A stretch of 64,000 nucleotides of DNA, taken from positions 43,896,001 to 43,960,000 of the forward strand of contig NC_043000.1 of assembly GCF_006345805.1 (NCBI RefSeq), read 5' to 3'. Origin of the DNA: Octopus sinensis (taxonomy: Eukaryota). Positions within the stretch are counted from its first letter, which is position 1. Each line of letters starts with the position of its first letter. A program made the translations under genes and the position numbers. This document shows, piece by piece, positions 40,991 through 52,099 of this stretch. The notes beneath the pieces are model-generated. The model did no database searches. It saw only the letters and a program-made list of their open reading frames with translations, and was not told the origin of the DNA.

Positions 40991-41524
40991 TGTGTAGAAG
41001 GTTGAAAACGAACACACGAGGTAATATATATGGAACAAAGTCAAGGTGGAAAATGCGAAAATAATCTTATACTCTACAAGAGTAAACAACAGAGACAGAG
41101 ACAGGCAGAAAGAAGGAAATTGCCCATTGCAAATATTATTTTCAAAGCTTTTTCCTTTAATTTTTCCAAAATGTAATTGTTTTCCATTTTTACACTTGAA
41201 CAATTCTCAATGACTGAAACTGAAACTGATTTTTATATAAAAGTATTTTAGCATATTCTAGCTTGATTTTTTTTACATATATATATATATGCGAGCGCAC
41301 ATGTGAGCGTATGAGTAGCCATGTTTACGTGTTTACTATGAACTTTTAATCTTAATTTATATAATTAGCGGAATTATAACACAGTAATTTCAATTTATAT
41401 AACGGTATTTTTTCATAACGTTTTTCAGATGGCCAGATAACCGAAGAGATGTTGTGGATTTCCACTTCGGCATCTGAAACACAGAATTTTGTCTTGACTA
41501 TTGAGTAATTGCAACATATTATTT

Positions 41525-41555
<31 letters not shown>

Positions 41556-41629
41556 ATGTATATGTGTATGTGTATATATGTTTATATAATTTTCTCTTAA
41601 TCTTTTATTGGTTCCAATCATTTTAGAGT

Positions 41630-41790
41630 GGGATTGCTGGAGCACCACTTTAATCGATCAAGTCGACCACAGGATTTATCCTTTGTAAGTCTAGTCTACC
41701 GTTTCTTTGGCTTAGTCGCTAAGTTACAGGGAGATAAGCACAACAACATCGGTCGTCAAGTGAAGATGGGGCGACAAAACAGACACATAT
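41630..41790 (-). mobile_element. 3' half of a family A SINE, degenerate
   Basis: gctggagcaccactttaatcgatcaagtcgacc..gctaagttacaggg..catcggtcgtcaag matches the family A 3' half. Confidence 0.65.
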
Positions 41791-41791
41791 G

Positions 41792-41838
<47 letters not shown>

Positions 41839-42079
41839 CAGTGAAAAATTGTGAAGCATGACTGTCACCACTAATACATGAACCTGAAGATTGCAGAATT
41901 TAATGCATGAAAGTACTAGTTCAATCAGAATGAACAATTAACATTCTATTCTTTTATTTTATTTTATTTTATTATATTATCTTATATAATATCAAATGAT
42001 TGTAAATAAAACGTGAAACTCAGACAAGGTTGGAATTACTTTTATTAATATATTCTTCTATACACAATCACACACACCC

Positions 42080-42163
<84 letters not shown>

Positions 42164-42404
42164 CAGTGAAAAATTGTGAAGCATGACTGTCACCACTAAT
42201 ACATGAACCTGAAGATTGCAGAATTTAATGCATGAAAGTACTAGTTCAATCAGAATGAACAATTAACATTCTATTCTTTTATTTTATTTTATTTTATTAT
42301 ATTATCTTATATAATATCAAATGATTGTAAATAAAACGTGAAACTCAGACAAGGTTGGAATTACTTTTATTAATATATTCTTCTATACACAATCACACAC
42401 ACCC

Positions 42405-42407
<3 letters not shown>
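41839..42407. repeat. Direct duplication of a 244-bp unique segment, period 325 bp, bounded by (TA)n
   Basis: 41839-42082 appears identical to 42164-42407. Confidence 0.95.
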
Positions 42408-42478
<71 letters not shown>

Positions 42479-42499
42479 ATGAATGTATGTATTTATATA

Positions 42500-44620
42500 T
42501 GATGTGTCGTGCAATTTATGGAAAGTAATCCAATAAAACTCATGGATGTAGTTAAAAATGGAGAAGACAAGTTGTTAAAAATTATGAGAAGTTTAATTTT
42601 AATTCATGCAGACGGTTGTTTCGTAAAGAGATATAAAAATTCATGATAGAAATGAATTAGATTACATTAATTAAATTAATTTAATTATATATATCAATGT
42701 ACTCTTCAATACTGGCAGTGATAACAGAATTTACAATGAACTTGAGAAAGGATATAGCAGAGGAATAGAATCTAAATGATTCATATATTATGCTTGTGAG
42801 AAGGAGATGAGAGTCAAGTCAGCCATAAACTATAATTAATGTCTGTAACGACTATTTGAAAATATAAGTAAAGAGATAACAGAAACGTCCCTTGTATAGC
42901 TTAGTAAGGAGTTTAGAAAAAAAATTGTAATAGAATTGTCTAATGGAAAGGGACTACTATAATTGAATTAAGATATGAACTTCCAGTTGAAAACATTACT
43001 TAGTGTAATGTAGTTTTTATTTTTAAAAATTATACATGAGAATGAAGTTCATCTTGAGGAAATTGTATAGAAATAGCTAATACTAGATAGTTAATGTTAA
43101 CAAATATTAGAGAGGTATAAAGAGCTAAAGAGAGATTAATATGTATAGGAGGCACATATGTATGCATTAGAAACTAATATTCTTTAGTGTGTATTAAATA
43201 TAAGGCAGAAAAATAAGTAAAAGCAGAGAAATAGTTATTAATATTTCAATTTAAATACTAAATACTTGGTGTGGCTATAAAGATGACAGAACTGAGGTTG
43301 AATCAGGCAAGAAAAGTAAGAATAAGGAAAAATAAATAAATAAATCAATGGAGAGGATATTAATGAGCTGGGAATGGAAATATTAAGTAAATAAAACGGT
43401 TTATTTTACTTATGCAATGATGTGCAAGGTTACACGGTAGCTATATTTTAGTATAAATAAAAATTTATGACGAGGAAAAGAACTAGCTTAGAATTATATG
43501 AGAGGGATATGCAATGGTAGTGGAGTAATATTGATATTCAAGTAATGGAAGAGTATTGACAATTATGCAATAAGAAGAGATACGAGAAGTAGAGTGCACA
43601 TAAATGTACAAAATTTTATACATATTGTCGGAGAAAAATAAGCTTATAAGGAAAAAAGTGTTAATATATTTACTCATACGTGAGTAGAGACATATTGGCA
43701 CATTAGTATAGATATTGGAATTCTAGGTGATATATGATTAGGGTGTACATAAGAAAAACAGAAACACCATACAATGATATACACATACCGGTGTATAATA
43801 AGCATATATGTATGTGAAACATACATATATACACTGATACATACGTTCATATTAAAAATACATGTTAGTACCAACAGAGAGTAAAGGATCACAAAACAAT
43901 AGATATACACACGCAGATGACATATAAAATTCATATCTAGATATTGACACATTGTTGTAGAAGTACTATATGTGCCTGCATGCGTGCATATATCAACAGT
44001 AAGTTATATGTAAATATCAGGTATGGTGACAAGTTGAATAAAACCAGCAAGGGTTATAATGGGTTTGTTGATTGGGGTTACATAAAAATATCACGCTAAG
44101 TAACGTTTTCAACTGTCAGTTCATATCTTAATTCAAATATAGCAATCTCTTTCCATTGGACATATCTATTAAAATTTTTGCCCCACACTATTTATTTGGA
44201 GATTAAATTTCTTATCTCCTTCCCCATCTATAGAGGGAACGTCTCTGATACTTCTTTACTTATGTTTTCAAATAATCGTTACAGCCCTTAGTTATAGTTC
44301 ATATCTAACTTGAAACACAACTCTTTCTCACAAGGATAAAATATGAATCTCCTAAATTCTATTCTTCTACATCTATTCTCAAATTCATTGTAAATTTAGT
44401 TTTCACTTCCTGCATTGAAGAGTACATTGATGTATATAATTAAATTTAAATAATTTAATCTAATTCAATTCAATCATGACATTTTATATCTTTTTACGAA
44501 ACGATCGTCTGCATGAATTACAATTTAGATTCTCTTACATATTTTAACAACTTGTCTTCTCCATTTGTATCTAAATTGATGAGTTTCATTGAACTTCTTT
44601 CCACAAATTCCTCACACATC
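42500..44620. mobile_element. Inverted pair of very old L1/Tx1-like RT fragments
   Basis: About 42500-43015 (+) is homologous to 44078-44620 (-), including an exact 24-mer at 42557-42580 vs 44542-44565. Faint motifs: MKLINLD (ISLLNxD), FVKR, LEKGYSR (xEKAYDR), Q..PL, KYLGV. Confidence 0.45.
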
Positions 44621-44761
44621 ACATACAAGTATTACTTTCATATCTTCACATATTTACGCCTGTAATCTAGTAATCTACCAGCAAATATGAAGAATCAACA
44701 TTAGAAACATTTTGGGGTAACATCCAGATTAATGGACGAATGTACATTCAACCTTTTTACA

Positions 44762-44846
<85 letters not shown>

Positions 44847-45024
44847 CATATATATATATTAGTTATCGCCATACGAATATGGCATTCTTATAAAAATAAG
44901 AATAAAGCTGTCCGCTTATTAGCTCCATGAGGCCATCGCCTTAAGTTAGCTATTTGATACACAAACTGTATCCATATAACCTTCGAACACGGGAGGTCAG
45001 TCGCTTCACACTACTTGATCGACA

Positions 45025-45066
45025 GCTACAGACGCGTTTCGGGGTATTCCCCCTTTTCAATGTAGC
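45025..45066 (-). ncRNA. Minimal type-I hammerhead ribozyme fold, U3-A8 core variant
   Basis: GCUACA-UUGAAAA-GGGG GAAUA CCCC-GAAA-CGCG-UC-UGUAGC: 6-bp stem I, 4-bp stem II, palindromic stem III, GUC cleavage triplet. Confidence 0.8.
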
Positions 45067-45511
45067 GAAGTCAGACCAGTAGGTGTCGCTTCCGACAATC
45101 TCTGCTCGAAGGTTTTATTTACCTAGTTTCAGTGGAATACATCCACTTGTTTTCAATAATAGAAATATTAAAATTACTAAGTCTCTCTAAAAGAGAACAC
45201 GGCAGCGTTCCTGGAAAATAATAGTTATCGCCATACGAATATGGCATTCTTATAAAAATAAGAATAAAGCTGTCCGCTTATTAGCTCCATGAGGCCATCG
45301 CCTTAAGTTAGCTATTTGATACACAAACTGTATCCATATAACCTTCGAACAAGGGAGGTCAGTCGCTTCACATTACTTGTTCTCTTTTAGAGAGACTTAG
45401 TAATTTTAATATTTCTATTATTGAAAACAAGTGGATGTATTCCACTGAAACTAGGTAAATAAAACCTTCAAACAGAGATTGTCGGAAGCGAACACCTACT
45501 GGTCTGACTAC

Positions 45512-45553
45512 GCTACATTGAAAAGGGGCAATACCCCGAAACGCGTCTGTAGC
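45512..45553 (+). ncRNA. Minimal type-I hammerhead ribozyme fold, U3-A8 core variant
   Basis: GCUACA-UUGAAAA-GGGG CAAUA CCCC-GAAA-CGCG-UC-UGUAGC. Confidence 0.8.
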
Positions 45554-45780
45554 TGTGGATCAAGTAGTGTGAAGCGACTGACCTCCCTTTTTCGAAGGTT
45601 ATATGGATACAGTTTGTGTATCAAATAGCTAACTTAAGGCGATGGCCTCATGGAGCTAATAAGCGGACAGCTTTATTCTTATTTTTATAAGAATGTCATA
45701 TTCGTATGGCGATAACTATTATTTTCCAGGAAGGCTGCCGTGTTCTCTTTTAGAGAGATTTGTAATTTTAATAATTCTAT

Positions 45781-45839
<59 letters not shown>

Positions 45840-46019
45840 AAGAAATAAATCATTTCTAAATATCTCAGAGGGATATATGCAGTAGTGGCACGATAGAGTA
45901 GTTGTATATTGTCAACTAAATGTGACAGTCCCATGAAGAGAATCACACTACTGCTATTTAGCCCTAGGAAGCATCAATGCGTCTTGTCCTGCCACTACTT
46001 TTATTGTGAAGTATTGATT

Positions 46020-47433
46020 GATCATTATTATATTTATCCAGTAGTTATTCAGTGATGCGAAGTTTTCAGCAGAATTTCTGGATATCATTGTATATATCAT
46101 TTAGGTTCGACCTATATGATGTTGGGGTGAACTTCAATCCCTTTGCGAGAATTGTGATTTGCTGGTTTGAAAGAGTTTCTTGCGAGAGATTTATCGCCTC
46201 CAGCATATCACATTTCGTTGATGCCATCGACTGTCTTGGTTTTGGCCCAGGTTATTTAAGAATGGTGTCTTGGGTTTTAATATGAGAATTAGTGTTTCTG
46301 TTGATTGTCCTTCCGCTGACCCTTGGTATATTGTTGGTTCTCTGTTGCGGTCGGCTCTGAGTTGCGTTGTCGTGATGGTTATATGCTGTTTGGACGAGGT
46401 GGTTATTGTGGAAAAATAATGTCTCGTGTGGGAAACGTACCTACTTCTTCTTTGGTCCTGTTCGAAATCTTCTTTATGTGATATTGTCTCGGGCGTGAGC
46501 AGGTCATATTTCTCTTATAGTTCTATCCGAAAGGGTTATTTACGAAGACGTTCCATTTGGGACGTGGATGGTTCTTGGCTTGTGATGCGTTTCTGTATCT
46601 TTGAGACTTGCGGTGAAGGGTGCAGTGGAATTTCCCATTTTCTGTCTTTAAAGAGATTTAGCAACCCTGGAGAGGGTATTGGTTATTCTTGGTTCTGGAA
46701 GGCATTTCGGTATTTTTCATAATTTTCAATTTATCCGTTATGAAAATTTAAGTTTGTCAACATTGAAACTTTTAAAGATGTTTCTCTAATTCAGATTTCT
46801 AAATTGTTACCATTGATAAACAAAAATATTGTTGAAACTAATTTGGTATATATGTAAGTAAATTTCTTTCAAACAATTACAACTTTTTCAAATTTAGGTG
46901 CATTGTGAACAACAAGTTTGCCTGTATTTTATTCCTGCGTGGAAATACACACCCTCTTTTGTCCCTGTTTCATCTAATCCACATTATCGAAGGTAAGGAG
47001 TTCGAAGCAAGTCTTTTACTGTTTTTACATTTTTATTGTTTTTACTGTTTTGTTCTTACTGTCCTGTTCTTGTTACCACTTTCACTCTCCGCAAAAAGTA
47101 CCAAATGTGATTTAATTTGCATTGCGGGAAGGACTGTTTCCACGAAGTCGCGTCTTGTCCTTGCCTTCGAATTCGGAGTTGATGAAACAGGAACAAGTGA
47201 AGAAGGAGAATATTCCTTGTGTTGTATGTCGCATTTCTCTGGGGTTTTTTTTCGTTGTTTGAAAAAAGTTGGTTTCTATGTTTTTGATTTTTGTGTTTTC
47301 GTTTCTGATTGTGTTCAACGTTTTTGATGTCATGTACTCATATGTACATGTATATATGCATATATTTATATATTATTTACCTTAATATATCATCGGACGC
47401 CAGACATCCTTTTCCAAGTATATATATATATAT

Positions 47434-47468
<35 letters not shown>

Positions 47469-48160
47469 CGTATACATATAAGGAGGAAATTCGAATATTC
47501 CCACATGGTGAGTTGTAATATATATAAGGAATTATAAAAGGAGAATGCACACACTTTACATAGTTGTAATATAATTTTTAATATATCGACCGGTTTCGCT
47601 TTCTCTATTCATGATGTTATGGTTTACTTATTTGAATATGTACTTTCTTAAGAAGAAATTTTTGTCCATGTTGTGTGTGATGATATTTCCGACTGAATAT
47701 CTTCACAAGAAAAATATTGGGAGGTAATTCTTTATCGTTATTATCTTTTGGTATTATGGTCAAGGGTGATAACTCTTGTGTAAGGGGAGGGGAATATATA
47801 TGTACACACAAAGAAGGTTTCGAAAAACTTGTTTAGTGAGGAGGTTTATGTACAGCGATGTAATCATGAATTGAAATAGGTAAAATGATAAAAGTTGTTT
47901 ATGCGTGCATATTAAGACGTGTTCTGTATTTTTCAATGAAAAAAGTTTATTTAAACATTCTTGTGGAGAGATGTTATCTGCACATTTTTCTATATGCTCA
48001 CTTTGAGGAAATTGCCTCTATTGCGGGAAAGGGATTTGCTCTTTATATAGTGTGGTTCTCCTTCTCAAGGTCATACTGGCTTGTTCAATATAGTTGTGTC
48101 CGCAACCCGAGCAGGTTATTACATGAATTAGGTTCTCAGGGGCCCAAGGGAAAATAGTTT
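46020..48160 (-). mobile_element. Penelope-like element in partial-tandem arrangement: upstream GIY-YIG/3' end followed by the 5' part of the ORF
   Basis: 48160-47900 reads NLIHVITCSGCGHNYIEQASMTLRRR..SEHIEKCA (GIY-YIG with CCHH). About 46190-46020 reads AINLSQETLSNQQITILAKGLKFTPT..DIQKFC*KLRITE (PLE N-terminal motif). A hammerhead-like GAAACCGGUC lies between them. Confidence 0.7.
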
Positions 48161-48287
48161 TATTTGTGAACATCTGTTCATGTTTGAAAAGGAAATCCGA
48201 GCCTTCAACTAAAATTATCTTAAAACTATGTAAAGTGTATTTTCGTTTTTTTTTAAATTTCTGATATATATATATATCATATATATG

Positions 48288-48552
48288 TCAAGAGCAGTAC
48301 ATAGGCCAAACAAAAAATAGTTTGCGTAAAAGAATGGCCCTGCACAGATCCCAGATAAGAATTCCCCAAAACAGAAAAATCGCTTTCAGCCAACACATGG
48401 GTACTTGCGCCAGCAACAAAACACCAGGCTTCAGGATTTTGCCCCTCTACCAATTTAGGGAAGATACAACCTCGAGACAACGAATAAGTAAAGAAACTCT
48501 CTTTATTACAAAATACAGGCCACTTCTTAATGGGTCTACGACAAACGATTAA
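48288..48552 (+). mobile_element. PLE GIY-YIG endonuclease C-terminal fragment
   Basis: CQEQYIGQTKNSLRKRMALHRSQI..QHMGTCA..FRILPLY..KETLFITKYRPLLNG. Confidence 0.8.
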
Positions 48553-48714
48553 TACACCCCAACTTTAGAATAACAGAAACACACACGCAATTATTACATT
48601 CCAAAGAATCCATTACAAATCAGCCCCAATCACAGCTATGATCCATAACGTGCCAACTTCAAGTCATACAACACCTCACTACTTCCACTCATTCATATTC
48701 TCCCTTCTCTTTTT

Positions 48715-48937
48715 TTTCTTCTTCCTCTTCTTCTTCATCATCATCATTATCATCATCGTCGTCATCATCATCACCATCATCATCATCTTCTCCTTCTCCT
48801 TCCACTTCTTCTTCTTCTTCTTCTTCTCCTTCTTCTTCTTCTTCTTCTTCTTCATCCTCATCATCATCAACATCGTCATCTTCTTTTTCTTCTTCTTCTT
48901 CTTCTTCTTCTTCTTCTTCTTCTTCTTCTTCTTCTTC
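48715..48937. repeat. (CTT)n/(CAT)n microsatellite
   Basis: Direct reading. Confidence 0.95.
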
Positions 48938-49303
48938 TGCTCCACCTTATACTTCTTAACTTTATCACTAATGCATTTTAGTATAACTTCTACGCAAATT
49001 CCATAAACAAACCTTTCAATAGAAATATTCTCCTGCTAGCCGTCACTGGCCATTCAAAATAAGACAATGAAGGCACTCCCAAATTTTTCCACCCCTTCTC
49101 CTCATCAACCTTCTTCTTCTTCTACCCTAAGAATAATTCACAACGACCTGGAACACACAATTGGAAACAAGAGAGACAGAGAAAGGCAGAAACAAGAAAA
49201 ATGCCACTTATATTTGAACACTATACAAATATTCCTTTAAAACAACTTTTATAATTTTTCTAAATTTAATTATTTAATCGTTACAGTTCAAAAGGTCTCA
49301 AAA

Positions 49304-50310
49304 TTAATGGTTCGCGGTCTGACGTCTCCAGTGCGAGCAGTGGCGTGCCTCAAGGTTCAGTGCTTGGAGACTTATTGTTCTTAGTTTTCATAAATGACTT
49401 GCCCGACGACCTCACGCAACTGACCCTTCTATTTGCCGACGATGTCTAACTGGTCGCTCCTCGCAGTGATATAGAGGATCTTCGTCGATGCCTCCACCAC
49501 GTTTGGAGATGGTCTGACGAATGGAACCAGTGCCTGAACGTGTCAAAGTGCTGTCATCTGCTTGTTGGCTCTCCTCCTGCAACTCAACTTGATTTCGAGC
49601 CGGGTCGTCTGTTGCTGGAGAGGACCGATCTGATAAAGGACCTGGGTATCTAGGTGGATTCCTCCTTTTCGCCTTCGGCCCAGTGCGTCCATGCTGCCAA
49701 AAAAGCACGCGGAATTCTGTTCTTGATTCGACGGTCATTCGGATTGCTCACAGCAGCCATATTCCTACCGCCCTATGCTGGTGAGACCCATATTGGAGTA
49801 CGGGATTCGAGCCTCTTCTCCTTATCTCCTCAAAGACATACAGCATCTCGAAAGAGTCCACAAGCTGGCTACCCGCATGGTTCTTGGTCTCAAGAATTTG
49901 TCTTATGAAGAAAGGCTGAAGACGCTCGACCTTTATTCTCTTGAAAAACGACGACGCCGTGGAGATCTCATTCTTGCTCACAACATCATAAGCGGAAAGT
50001 GTAACCTCTCGAAAGAGCTGTTCTTCACTCTTGCTCCAGAGCGTCGGCTGCGGGGTCATTCCGAAAAGTTCTATCTGCGACGATTTCATCTCAATCGAAG
50101 GAGAGGGGCTTTCTCCGTCCGGGTTGCGGATCTGTGGAATAAGCTGCCAGACGAGAAGGTGAAGATGCCGACGACCGCTCGGTTCAAAGTCTCCCTTGAC
50201 CTCAGGTGGCCTGAACTCTTTACATGAACACCACCCTCTACATAACCCCATGTCCCTCTACATGGCCTTGCTTTTTGCTTTTTGAGACAAAAAATTAACT
50301 AACTAACTAA
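49304..50310 (+). mobile_element. 5'-truncated CR1-clade LINE, same family as 55270-58604
   Basis: Closely matches 57597-58604; [16 protein letters not shown], (AACT)n tail; several stops and frameshifts. Confidence 0.93.
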
Positions 50311-51649
50311 TATATTTATCGTTTCTGATCTAATCTCTAATTTATTTGAAGTAGGTTATATCGAATAAAAATGCTCTTAATTATATTATTACCTAGCTAT
50401 AAGCTAATTAACGCATGCATATAATATTATGCCTTCCGAAACAAAATATTAGATAAAAGAGTAGATTGTCTAGCAGATCGAAAGGTACAACTGCATTCAA
50501 ATTCATAAAACATAGCCGTTATCTCTCGGTAGAAGATAATACATGCATCTGAATGCAAATATAAAATATTAATGAACAAAGTAAGCGAGAACAACTATGT
50601 TTCGTCAAGGAAATAAGTAACACTTAAGAGTCTAGATTTGGACAGTGGAATTTTTTATCTAAACCTAATTACCACATTCCGCACTTTAGAGGGGACTAGA
50701 CATCACCAAAATAAATGACAAGCTAGGAAGCACTACAATTTATGGAATATCAGCTCAAGTGAAATACTGGAATATGTGACATTGTCGGACTACTTTCACT
50801 GATAGTGTCCAAGAGATTCGTGTATATTACAGCCAAATTTAATTCCTTTTTTCCGTTATTGCAATTCTCAAAAACTAGTAAACCGATGAGTTCACTTTGT
50901 AGAAGTAATCATTTAATAGTCGTATGAAAGAGACTTCCGATTTACAAGATGCAGCATTCTTAGATGTTAACTTCAAGTCGGATACATAGATATATGCGTT
51001 TTTGATAAGCCAAAAGTACACCTTATATGTATTAATATTAAATCCTATAGTCAAGGCAGCGAGCTTGCAGAATCGTTAGCACATAGCAGTTGAAATATCT
51101 CACAAACATATTTCAACTAACCGAAATTTGCTCATGCATAAACAGTGCATGGCGCTAATATTACTGTAATTTTCACGACCTGGTGGTCGACTGGCTAAGT
51201 TTCGTCAATGTCGTGGACTCCATTTTAACACATACACATATATGTATTCGTAAATGTCGAGTGAGGTGAGGTGAATGAGTGCTCAGCACCTCACTGGAAG
51301 ATAGAATTTAAGTATTTCTGTATTAAAGCTAAAATTCGTTTTTTTTGTGAAAGCGTATCTTAATATCTTAACAATTTTTCAAGCCGATCACATTTCAGAA
51401 TATTGTTCCTCTCCATTTTGGATCAAGTCAAATGGTCTCGTCATTTATCTGAGCTTCTCGTAAAGAAGACAATAAATGAAGTAGCGGTATTCTAGAATAA
51501 TATCTTTTGAGTGGTTACCTCACTTAGATTTGACTTTTGGGAAAACAGCCATGCTGGATAATAAATTTGTATTACATCTTATTCTAGGTATATCGGATGT
51601 TCGTCATACACACACACACACACACATACACACACATACACACACATAC

Positions 51650-51713
<64 letters not shown>

Positions 51714-52099
51714 TGATATAATATCCCTTTATTTATTTATCCATATAAATATATAGTTTTCCGACATATATTTCTGCTTAATTACTAAGAGCATATCTAT
51801 TTTAATTAGTTAATTAAATAATTGTCAATACAATGCATTTAGTTAAAAAGTTTCTTCAGGGATTCCAGCAAAATTCTTAGTTACAGCATTTAAAAATATT
51901 CATAAACTAAATAATTTAAATCGTTATTACGCTTATTAATGTTAAAAAATATACAAATATAAGAATTGTTATGTATAATGGAAATAAATATTAATTTTAT
52001 AGAACGAATAGAAGTCGGAATAGAATAACAATGTTATTTCGATATTGCTTTTTTCTATTCCAAGCCGCTAAAGTTAAAGTATATATCGAAAATTTTATC

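Larger units (their letters stand above)
44860..45782. mobile_element. Non-coding 362-bp hammerhead-containing repeat in tandem plus inverted arrangement (retrozyme/PLE pLTR-like)
   Basis: agttatcgccatacg at 44861 and 45223 (period 362); the orientation flips at about 45378 and repeats with period 363 to 45782; (TA)n on both sides. Confidence 0.85.

Noticed and set aside
44860-45782. Repeated units as a possible CRISPR array or segmental duplication
   Set aside because: No repeat-spacer structure and a eukaryotic context; a unit-length repeat with a hammerhead and an inversion fits a retroelement better
49412-50251. Minus-strand ORFs over the CR1 copies, also at 56387-58547
   Set aside because: Antisense shadows of the plus-strand RT coding sequence
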